DNA of 33,672 nucleotides from a virus: UHGV virus genome UHGV-2170543; one strand, 5' to 3'. Shown piece by piece: positions 26,579 to 33,672 of this stretch (position 1 is its first letter; each line of letters starts with the position of its first letter). The notes under the pieces were generated by a model. It saw only the letters and a program-made list of their open reading frames with translations, ran no database searches and was not told where the DNA came from. The position numbers and the translations under genes were made by a program.

Positions 26579-26938
26579 ATGCTCATAGATTTGGTTTTAC
26601 CTTACCCGCCGACGGTGAACACTTACTGGCGACGCCGTGGCAGCACATATTTTATCTCGGAGGAGGGAAAGCGTTATCGCCGGGCTGTGGCGCTTATTGT
26701 TCGCCAGCAGCGGCTGAAATTAAGCCTGTCCGGAAGGCTGGCGATAAAGGTGATTGCAGAGCCACCGGATAAGCGCCGCCGCGACCTGGACAATATCCTG
26801 AAGGCACCACTGGATGCGCTGACGCATGCCGGACTACTTATAGACGACGAGCAGTTTGATGAAATCAATATTGTGCGCGGTCAGCTCGTTCCTGGTGGGC
26901 GGCTGGGGATAAAAATCACAGAACTGGAGTGCGCATGA
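26579..26938 (+). CDS. rusA: RusA Holliday junction resolvase, copy B
   Basis: LPYPPTVNTYWRRR and RRDLDNILKAPLDALTHAGLLIDD. Confidence 0.8.
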   Translation: MLIDLVLPYPPTVNTYWRRRGSTYFISEEGKRYRRAVALIVRQQRLKLSLSGRLAIKVIAEPPDKRRRDLDNILKAPLDALTHAGLLIDDEQFDEINIVRGQLVPGGRLGIKITELECA

Positions 26939-27624
26939 ATAACCAGTATTTACAGTTTGTGCGTGAGCAGCTCATTATCGCCACCGCTGATTTGAGTGGG
27001 GCAACAAAAGGTCAGCTTGAAGCCTGGCAGGAGAATGCCATGTTCGATACAGGGCGTTACAGGCGTAAAAAAATCCGGTACCGCGATGAAGTGACCGGAA
27101 AAATGATAACGCGGGATAATCCACCAATCCCGGGAAAACAATCGCTGGCGAAGGGGACGTCAATTCCTCTGGTCAGTCAGGTTGCTTTTTCTACATCATC
27201 ATGGCGGCGGGCTGTTTTGTCTCTTGAAGAACATCATAAAGCCTGGTTGTTGTGGTGTTACAGCGGAAATACTTGCTGGGAGTATCAGATCGCGATAACG
27301 CAGTGGGCATGGACAGAATTTAAGACTCACTCTGGTACCAGGAAAATTGCAGGGAAGACACAGGAACGCCTGAAAAAATTAATCTGGCTGGCTGCACAGG
27401 ATGTCAGGAGATGGGTTATAGGACATGATATCTACCAGCAACAGGAGCTTGCCCGTCTGTGTGGGATTAAGCCTGACAACTGGAGCCACAATTATGTGAG
27501 CTACTGGCGTGAAATACTCGACATTTTTATGAACCTCGATACCGAATCTCTGATTTGCACTGTGAAAAGGAGATCTCAACAAAAAGCGGCATTTTTGCAG
27601 CGAGATATTGCAAAAGTCAATTAG
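26935..27624 (+). CDS. putative antitermination protein Q (larger Q82/QuuQ-like class), by position
   Basis: ATGA overlap with rusA stop; lies immediately upstream of a strong promoter + short-transcript terminator (pR'/tR'-like); sequence family not confirmed. Confidence 0.45.
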   Translation: MNNQYLQFVREQLIIATADLSGATKGQLEAWQENAMFDTGRYRRKKIRYRDEVTGKMITRDNPPIPGKQSLAKGTSIPLVSQVAFSTSSWRRAVLSLEEHHKAWLLWCYSGNTCWEYQIAITQWAWTEFKTHSGTRKIAGKTQERLKKLIWLAAQDVRRWVIGHDIYQQQELARLCGIKPDNWSHNYVSYWREILDIFMNLDTESLICTVKRRSQQKAAFLQRDIAKVN

Positions 27625-27636
27625 ATAGCATATATT
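27608..27636 (+). promoter_or_regulatory. candidate late promoter pR' (TTGCAA-17-TATATT)
   Basis: -35 TTGCAA at 27608-27613, 17-bp spacer, -10 TATATT at 27631-27636, overlapping the 3' end of the Q-like gene. Confidence 0.45.
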
Positions 27637-27673
27637 TTATGTAAATGTGATATATTGCTGTAAAGTGTATAAA

Positions 27674-27697
27674 CCCGCTCAAATGTGCGGGTTTTTT
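27674..27697 (+). terminator. Rho-independent terminator (tR'-like) about 40 nt downstream of promoter
   Basis: CCCGC-TCAAATGT-GCGGG followed by TTTTTT. Confidence 0.6.
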
Positions 27698-27770
27698 GCT
27701 TAACTCTGTGGACCTTTTTATCTGTAGTTGTAATATATGGATATTGTTACAATTTAGGTCGGTGAGCTTA

Positions 27771-28535
27771 ATGGAAGAACAGCACGGTAATTACTTTATA
27801 AAACGAATTCAGTTGATTGGAAGAGGGGCATTTGGCTTTGTTGAACACGTTAAGGTTTACAACCTCAATAAAGGTGAATGCGGGGATTATGCTAGAAAGG
27901 TTTTAGCACCCGAAAAACCAGAGCTTTTGGCGCAAATAGAGCAGTTTAGAAGGCGTTTTAAAAGGGAGGTTGTGTATCAATCACATTGCGTACATAGCAA
28001 TATTGTTCCTATTTATTTGTGCGATTTGTTTGTTGAGAATCCATGGTTCATTATGGATAAAGCAGAATGTGATCTTGAGCACGAAATAACGAACAACCTT
28101 CTTACAACAGATCAAAAAATTTCAATAGTGAAAATGGTATTAGATGGTGTAGCTTACATCCATGCCAAAGGCTATTTACACAGAGATATAAAACCCTTTA
28201 ATGTTTTGCGATTTAGCGACGGAACATACAAGGTGTCTGATTTTGGTCTGGTAAAAGATACGAATCCCGAAGGGGATACCACTAAATTGACCGAGATCGG
28301 TACCCGTATGGGAAGTACAAGATATATGGCTCCCGAGATTTTATATAATGCAGAGTATTCAGTTAAGACTGATGTTTATGCTGTGGGACGGTTAATTGAA
28401 GACTTAAATTTAGATGATAAAAAAATAAAGCCTATCATAGCTAAGTGCACAAGGATGGATAAAGATGATAGATATCAGACAATAGATGATGTGGCGTTTG
28501 ATTTTGCGCATTCTTTTTTAAGGAGTGAGTCATGA
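27771..28535 (+). CDS. Hanks-type Ser/Thr protein kinase (Stk-like)
   Basis: Gly-loop GRGAFGFV, YARK lysine, catalytic loop HRDIKPFN, DFG, APE motifs; start MEEQHGNYF; extended -10 TGtTACAAT at 27745-27753; AT-rich. Confidence 0.85.
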   Translation: MEEQHGNYFIKRIQLIGRGAFGFVEHVKVYNLNKGECGDYARKVLAPEKPELLAQIEQFRRRFKREVVYQSHCVHSNIVPIYLCDLFVENPWFIMDKAECDLEHEITNNLLTTDQKISIVKMVLDGVAYIHAKGYLHRDIKPFNVLRFSDGTYKVSDFGLVKDTNPEGDTTKLTEIGTRMGSTRYMAPEILYNAEYSVKTDVYAVGRLIEDLNLDDKKIKPIIAKCTRMDKDDRYQTIDDVAFDFAHSFLRSES

Positions 28536-29275
28536 TTCAGCTGATAGCGACTTCATCATTCTCGTATCCAAAAGAACCAGGTAGGGTCAACGAAGATTCA
28601 TTGCTTCCTCCAAAAATTGTAGGAGACGGCATCTTATTTGCCGTAGCTGATGGTGTAGGTTCATACTCTGGTGCCAGTTATGCTTCATCCATGGCAATCG
28701 CTGAACTTTCAGCATTGACAAGTTTATCTTTTGATGCAGTTCCGAATGTATTTGCTGAAGTTAAGCGAAAAGTTATGTCGTTAGCTGAAGTTAATGATGA
28801 GTTCGATAAAGCTGCTACTACACTTACCTTTTGTTATGTTTGTGATAGCGGAATTATTATTGGTCATATTGGTGATTGTCGCTTGTATTGCATTGGAGAA
28901 AAGAAAGCATATCAATTGACGAAGGACGATACCAGACATCAGATGTTAATTGATCAGAATATTTTTAAACCCAGAGATTTGAAGAATAAACCGGGAAAAA
29001 ATATCTTAACGACTGCCATAGCCTCAAATGTTGATATGGAATACGACTGTGATTTTATCCCGTGGAAAGATTTGCCTGGTATTAACGGGTTGTATCATCT
29101 GTGTATCATGTCTGATGGAGTTCATAACGTTTGGGAAAAACGCCCCAGATTTACATCAAATACTATGAGTAATAGTCAGAAGTTTTCTAATGGTATTTTG
29201 CGTCGTATAGAGAGAGCCGGACCTGATGATGACTTTTCTTTAGTAAGTATAATGGTGCGTGTGACGTCAGATTAG
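28532..29275 (+). CDS. PP2C-family Ser/Thr protein phosphatase
   Basis: AVADGVGS, GDCRLY, LTKDD, MSDGV acidic metal-binding blocks typical of PP2C; AGGAG RBS; ATGA overlap with kinase stop. Confidence 0.8.
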   Translation: MIQLIATSSFSYPKEPGRVNEDSLLPPKIVGDGILFAVADGVGSYSGASYASSMAIAELSALTSLSFDAVPNVFAEVKRKVMSLAEVNDEFDKAATTLTFCYVCDSGIIIGHIGDCRLYCIGEKKAYQLTKDDTRHQMLIDQNIFKPRDLKNKPGKNILTTAIASNVDMEYDCDFIPWKDLPGINGLYHLCIMSDGVHNVWEKRPRFTSNTMSNSQKFSNGILRRIERAGPDDDFSLVSIMVRVTSD

Positions 29276-29346
29276 TTGTATAAACCCAGTAGGGAATGCT
29301 AATTTCCCATACTACAGAGTAAAGAAAAACTTAATTTTAATGTGAA

Positions 29347-29371
29347 AAGGCTGCTATCAGGCGGCCTTTTT
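29347..29371 (+). terminator. hairpin terminator after phosphatase gene
   Basis: AAGGCTGC-TATCAG-GCGGCCTT (one G-U pair) followed by TTT. Confidence 0.45.
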
Positions 29372-29385
29372 ATGTCTGAAAAGCT

Positions 29386-29712
29386 GTGCAGTACGTTAAA
29401 CACGCTTGTGGTTGTGAATGCCGACTGCGGCGGTATTTTGGCGTGACAGCGCAGGTGCCGTATACCGATGTCTGGACGCATAAACCGGTGCAGTTCTATC
29501 CCGGGAAACATCCGTGCGAAAAACCGGCAGAAATGCTGCAGCAGATAATCAGCGCAAGCAGTCGTCCGGGAGACCTGGTTGCAGATTTTTTTATGGGCTC
29601 AGGTTCAACGGTAAAAGCGGCACTGGCGCTCGGGCGTCGTGCGATTGGCGTTGAACTGGAGACCGGACGTTTTGAGCAGACAGTCAGGGAAGTTCAGGAT
29701 TTAATCGTTTGA
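29386..29712 (+). pseudogene. 5'-truncated DNA methyltransferase remnant (C-terminal FxGxG AdoMet motif only)
   Basis: HPCEKPAEMLQQII and DLVADFFMGSGSTVKAALALGRRAIGVE resemble the C-terminal motif I region of N6/N4 MTases; no DPPY-type catalytic motif upstream. Confidence 0.45.
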
Positions 29713-29761
29713 AACGGATGAGATTGCAGAATTAATTACGCACCATTATTATTCTGCTTCC

Positions 29762-29837
29762 GGCCCTTTAGCTCAGTGGTGAGAGCGAGCGACTCATAAT
29801 CGCCAGGTCGCTGGTTCAAATCCAGCAAGGGCCACCA
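29762..29837 (+). tRNA. tRNA-Ile2 (anticodon CAU), ileZ-like, copy B
   Basis: GGCCCTTTAGCTCAGTGGTGAGAGCGAGCGACTCATAATCGCCAGGTCGCTGGTTCAAATCCAGCAAGGGCCACCA; all stems pair. Confidence 0.9.
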
Positions 29838-29844
29838 TCACATA

Positions 29845-29921
29845 CCGCCATTAGCTCATCAGGAAAGAGCGCCAGCCTTCGAAGCTGGTTGCGCGGAGTT
29901 CGGGTCCCCGAAGGCGGTCCA
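29845..29921 (+). tRNA. tRNA-Arg (anticodon UCG), copy B; probably degenerate
   Basis: Same scaffold as 7501-7577 but with acceptor-stem A-A mismatch, T-stem A-C mismatch and G at conserved position 58 (T-loop TTCGGGT). Confidence 0.55.
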
Positions 29922-29934
29922 TTATCTGTATCCT

Positions 29935-30011
29935 GCGTTGTTAGCTCAGCCGGACAGAGCAATTGCCTTCTAAGCAATCGGTCACTGGTTCGAATCCAGT
30001 ACAACGCGCCA
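29935..30011 (+). tRNA. tRNA-Arg (anticodon UCU), copy B
   Basis: Acceptor GCGTTGT/ACAACGC perfectly paired, anticodon loop CTTCTAA, T-loop TTCGAAT, CCA. Confidence 0.85.
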
Positions 30012-30026
30012 CACTTATTTTCCCTG

Positions 30027-30050
30027 GCTCGCTTTTGCGGGCTTTTTTTT
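30027..30050 (+). terminator. hairpin + U-tract terminator downstream of tRNA cluster (copy B)
   Basis: GCTCGC-TTTT-GCGGGC followed by TTTTTTTT. Confidence 0.45.
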
Positions 30051-30325
30051 AAATGTCTCACAATTCAGGCGGTTGACTGTTGTCTGGTTTGCGGGGAGTT
30101 TGTTAAAAGAAACTGGCATGGTGAATCCCCCTGTGCGGAGGGGCAATCAGCGAGTAGGTATATGGGATAATCGCGGATTCAGGTGCTGGTACTGAATTCA
30201 CCGGGAGGCACCCGGCACCATGCAATGGCACATAGCGCCACTCTCCAGCCCCTCTCCGGAGGGGCTTTTCTGTGCCGGATACATCACAGTTTCTGGAACC
30301 TTAGGTACTACAGTATCAGTCAGGG

Positions 30326-30487
30326 TGCTATATTTTCAGATGTGATGAAAGCCTGTCAGCAGGCAGGGCGTATCGGAAATGACCCAGTAGAGAAAACGTT
30401 GACTCAGATACCGGTGCTGAGTTACCGGGAAACCGGCATCACATGACCGCTATCCTTCCAGGCCCATCCGCTCCGGTGGGCCTTTTT
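30326..30487 (+). other. candidate small transcript (sRNA or 33-aa micro-ORF) with its own promoter and terminator
   Basis: Extended -10 TGcTATATT at 30326-30334; ATG at 30345 opens a 33-codon ORF (MKACQQAGRIGNDPVEKTLTQIPVLSYRETGIT); terminator GGCCCA-loop-TGGGCC + TTTTT at 30461-30487; absent from copy A. Confidence 0.2.
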
Positions 30488-30986
30488 ACTGCAGAAAACA
30501 GGTTCCCCGTTAAATGCTATGTTGCTCACAATTCAGTAAGTTGACAGTTGCCTGTCAGACTGGGCATTTGTTAAAAAAATTTCGCATGGTGAATCCCCCT
30601 GAGCGGAGGGGCGACTGGTGACGGTATAATCTCTGATTATCAAAACGAGAATGACGCGGGTTTAGTGGCACCGGGCTGAACTCACCGGGAGGCACCCGGC
30701 ACCATGTGCATGATGATACAGATACGCGGCTTTAGCCCCTCTCCGGAGGGGCTTTCTTATGGACAAAAAAAGCCCGCGCTGGGAGACGCGGGCGGCAAGG
30801 AATAAACAATAAAACGTGAAGTAATATTTCAGCTGGCGAATAATACCCCATAGTAATCACTCTGCGCAACTGCGCGGTCTTTTTCGAATTGCGGGCTGTA
30901 GTCTCCCTTCTGCCATTGTCCTGTAACTTCCGGACTTCAGCCTGCTCCTTATCTGACTCACAACATTATCCCGCCCGGGAGGATTC

Positions 30987-32840
30987 ATGGCATTTAAACA
31001 CTATGACGTGGTCAGGGCGGCATCGCCGTCAGACCTTGCGAAACGACTGACACAAAAACTGAAGGAGGGCTGGCAGCCGTTTGGTAGTCCGGTGGCCATA
31101 ACCCCTTATACCCTGATGCAGGCGATTGCAGCAGAAGGTGATGTGGTCGTCAGTGGTGCAACTGAGCCGGAGTGGTACTACGTCATCGTACTGGCCGGGC
31201 AATCCAATGCCATGGCTTACGGTGAAGGGCTTCCGCTTCCGGATTCATACGATGCGCCCCATCCGCGCATTAAGCAACTGGCCCGTCGTAACACAGTGAC
31301 TCCCGGTGGTGAAGTATGCGTATTTAACGACATCATTCCTGCTGACCATTGTCTGCATGATGTTCAGGATATGAGTACGATTAACCATCCCCGGGCTGAC
31401 CTGAGCAAAGGGCAGTACGGCTGTGTCGGACAGGGCTTACATATTGCCAAAAAACTGCTTCCGTATATCCCTAATAATGCGGGGATCCTGCTGGTACCAT
31501 GCTGTCGTGGTGGTTCGGCATTCACCCAGGGCACGGAGGGGACATTCAGCGAGTCCACGGGAGCCAGTCAGGATTCGGCTCGCTGGGGAGTGGGTAAGCC
31601 GTTATATCAGGATCTGCTTTTCCGCACGAAGGCAGCATTGCAGAAAAACCCGAAAAACGTTTTGCTGGCGATATGCTGGATGCAGGGGGAATTCGATATG
31701 ACGAATGCCAGTTACGCCCAGCAGCCAGCAGCATTTCTTGCAATGGTACAGCAGTTCCGTGCTGACCTTGCCGGGCTGGCAGCGCAGTGTCACGGTGGAA
31801 GTCCGGCATCAGTCCCCTGGATTTGTGGCGACACGACATACGCGTGGAAACAAGAACACGGTACGCAATATGAAGTGGTATATGGTGCATATAAAGGTAA
31901 AGAATCCCAGCAGATTTATTTTGTTCCCTTTATGACCGATGGTAGCGGAGTTAATACACCGACAAACAACCCGTCAGAAGATCCTGATATTGTCGGGTCT
32001 GGTTATTACGGTTCGGCATCCCGAACGAACAAAAACTGGGTATCATCAAATCGCCCGACGCATTTCAGCTCATGGGCGCGTCGTGGCATTATTCCCGATC
32101 GTATGGCAACTGCTATTCTGAACGTAGCCGGTCGCACCTTAGCCTTCATTAGTGGTAAGGCACCGGAAATCAAACTCTCGCCCGGCGGCGACACGCCATC
32201 GGGGCCGTCTGAAGATGCATCCATACGCACAATCTCCCTGTTGCCGACAGCCGGAGACGCTGCTGCGCAGGGCTGGAGCATTAAGAATGGCGGAATTCAG
32301 TTGTCAGATGGTGTATTTAAGATCACCAAGCAGAGCAATAAAGCCTGGTCCCTGACGCGCCCGGTGGATGACGCAGTCTCCCTGCTGACACGGGGTGGCA
32401 GACTGAGCTGTAAGTTTCGACTGTCAGGCGCACTGACCAACAATCAGTTCGGTCTGGGAATTTATCTGTATACCGATGTAGCGTTACCTGACGTCGTGGC
32501 GATGACCGGGACTGGTAACCCGTTCCTGATGTCGTTCTTCACCCAGACCACAGACGGCAAACTGAATCTGATGCATCACAAGAAAGCAGGAAACACAAAG
32601 TTGGGCGAGTTCGGGAATTACAGTAACGACTGGCAGACGCTGGAGCTGGTGTTCACCGCCGGCAGTGCCACGGTTACTCCGAAACTGAATGGAGTGGCTG
32701 GCCCGGCATTCCAGGTCATAAAAGACAGTCTGACACTGGGGCTGAATGCGCTGACGCTGACGGATATTACCAAAAATGCAGCGTATGGCGTTGAGATAGA
32801 AAGTCTGGTGCTGGAGATAAATGCACCGGCATCATCATAA
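30987..32840 (+). CDS. nanS-p: NanS-p-like 9-O-acetyl-sialate esterase, copy B (divergent paralog)
   Basis: 617 aa; same N-terminus and GQSN motif (VIVLAGQSNAMAYGEG) as copy A; C-terminal half diverged. Confidence 0.8.
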   Translation: MAFKHYDVVRAASPSDLAKRLTQKLKEGWQPFGSPVAITPYTLMQAIAAEGDVVVSGATEPEWYYVIVLAGQSNAMAYGEGLPLPDSYDAPHPRIKQLARRNTVTPGGEVCVFNDIIPADHCLHDVQDMSTINHPRADLSKGQYGCVGQGLHIAKKLLPYIPNNAGILLVPCCRGGSAFTQGTEGTFSESTGASQDSARWGVGKPLYQDLLFRTKAALQKNPKNVLLAICWMQGEFDMTNASYAQQPAAFLAMVQQFRADLAGLAAQCHGGSPASVPWICGDTTYAWKQEHGTQYEVVYGAYKGKESQQIYFVPFMTDGSGVNTPTNNPSEDPDIVGSGYYGSASRTNKNWVSSNRPTHFSSWARRGIIPDRMATAILNVAGRTLAFISGKAPEIKLSPGGDTPSGPSEDASIRTISLLPTAGDAAAQGWSIKNGGIQLSDGVFKITKQSNKAWSLTRPVDDAVSLLTRGGRLSCKFRLSGALTNNQFGLGIYLYTDVALPDVVAMTGTGNPFLMSFFTQTTDGKLNLMHHKKAGNTKLGEFGNYSNDWQTLELVFTAGSATVTPKLNGVAGPAFQVIKDSLTLGLNALTLTDITKNAAYGVEIESLVLEINAPASS

Positions 32841-32925
32841 AAAGTGAGCCAGCCAAATGGAAGGTATCGTTAAACTCACCGGTAGTGTCAGTGGGTCGTC
32901 TGAGATGCCTGCATGAGTTATCAGA

Positions 32926-32956
32926 GCCATCAGTACTTAACTGGTGGCTTTTTTTA
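32926..32956 (+). terminator. hairpin + U-tract between nanS-p and holin (copy B)
   Basis: GCCATCAG-TACTTAA-CTGGTGGC followed by TTTTTTT. Confidence 0.4.
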
Positions 32957-32990
32957 TTGTTGTCAGCTTCCGGATAACGGGAGACGGGGT

Positions 32991-33206
32991 ATGTACCAGA
33001 TGGAAAAAATCACAACAGGTGTGTCATACACCACGTCAGCGGTGGGAACGGGCTACTGGTTCCTGCAGTTGCTGGACAGGGTTTCCCCGTCTCAGTGGGC
33101 GGCAATAGGCGTGCTGGGGAGTCTGCTGTTTGGGCTGCTGACATATCTGACTAACCTGTATTTCAAAATCAGAGAGGACCGGCGTAAGGCGGCGCGGGGA
33201 GAGTAA
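32991..33206 (+). CDS. S: class II holin / pinholin (S21-like), copy B
   Basis: [71 protein letters not shown]. Confidence 0.8.
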   Translation: MYQMEKITTGVSYTTSAVGTGYWFLQLLDRVSPSQWAAIGVLGSLLFGLLTYLTNLYFKIREDRRKAARGE

Positions 33207-33207
33207 A

Positions 33208-33561
33208 GTGATGAATAAAAAATATGAACTGGTTGTTAAGGGGATAAATAATTACGGGGATAAGGTTACTGTTACTGTGAAGCCGGAAGGTGACGGGCAA
33301 GCGTCGCTGTTGTTGCCAGATGTGGCGATTAGTCTTGACCGTACTGAAGGTGCCACGCTGGAGTTTTACGAAGCTGAGGCGAAAAAGCAGGCGAAGCAGT
33401 TTTTCATGGATGTTGCTGCCGGGTTATGTGAAGGGGATGGTCCGTTGCCGGAAAAGCGCCCCGTAATTTTAGAGGCGCAGGATGTGTTGATAACCTACAA
33501 AGGAAAGCTACCGGGAAGAATTACTGGTTCTCTGAAGACTCCACCGGAATCACAACCTTAA
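33208..33561 (+). CDS. hypothetical late protein between S and R, short form (copy B)
   Basis: 117 aa MMNKKYELVVKGINNYGDKVTVTV...ITYKGKLPGRITGSLKTPPESQP; paralog of N-terminal part of 3181-4061. Confidence 0.45.
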   Translation: MMNKKYELVVKGINNYGDKVTVTVKPEGDGQASLLLPDVAISLDRTEGATLEFYEAEAKKQAKQFFMDVAAGLCEGDGPLPEKRPVILEAQDVLITYKGKLPGRITGSLKTPPESQP

Positions 33562-33625
33562 TTCACTGACCGGAACAGATAAACCTGTCCGTGGGCAGAA
33601 ACCGATAAATCCTGATAAATATCCA

Positions 33626-33672
33626 TGAACGCAAAAATCAGATACGGCCTGTCGGCTGCCGTTCTGGCGCTG
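33626..33672 (+). CDS. R: SAR-type endolysin R, copy B, 5' fragment (runs off window)
   Basis: MNAKIRYGLSAAVLAL matches N-terminus of 2611-3144 product. Confidence 0.6.

Larger units (their letters stand above)
25170..33672. mobile_element. Lambdoid prophage segment B: nin/Q/late module on plus strand, inverted relative to segment A late module; runs off window end
   Basis: DUF968, RusA, Q-like, pR'/tR', tRNA cluster, nanS-p, S, R start; paralogous to segment A genes but on opposite strand. Confidence 0.65.

Noticed and set aside
30183-30446. 87-aa ORF in the tRNA-nanS-p interval of copy B
   Set aside because: Most of it overlaps hairpin elements; only the last 33 codons, downstream of a promoter-like element, are retained as a low-confidence candidate.

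Overview
This window is a mosaic lambdoid prophage region of Enterobacteriaceae type (E. coli/Shigella-like gene content), read directly from the sequence and the ORF track; no searches were run. Segment A (about 1-24700) carries a lysis/late module on the minus strand: pinholin S, SAR endolysin R, Rz/Rz1, a NanS-p-like esterase and a three-tRNA cluster (Ile2-CAU, Arg-UCG, Arg-UCU). Upstream of it on the same strand are a Q21/QuuD-like antiterminator, a nin-like block (DUF968, KilA-N, RusA, LexA-DBD-only protein, Dam methylase, PerC-like) and an O-like replication gene with internal iterons, then tandem Rha paralogs and a divergent cro/cI immunity region. To the right of cI lies a plus-strand CPS-53-like yfdP-T/ea22 accessory block. 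Segment B (about 25170-33672) is a second nin/Q/late module on the plus strand, so the tRNA/nanS-p/S/R module is present twice in inverted orientation, with the R gene running off the window end. No integrase, attachment site, Shiga toxin genes or CRISPR array were found. A hok-type toxin sits at the junction between the two segments. The most interesting accessory cargo is: a Ser/Thr kinase + PP2C phosphatase cassette in the Q-tRNA slot of segment B; a different three-gene cargo (205-aa protein, small protein, AraC regulator) in the same slot of segment A; a 2-TM protein in the rex-like slot next to cI; and a canonical SOS box placed between a LexA-DBD-only gene and a KilA-N gene. Three N-runs mark assembly gaps inside duplicated phage genes, so the arrangement may partly reflect scaffolding. 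Family assignments rest on motifs recognised by eye and recalled homologs.
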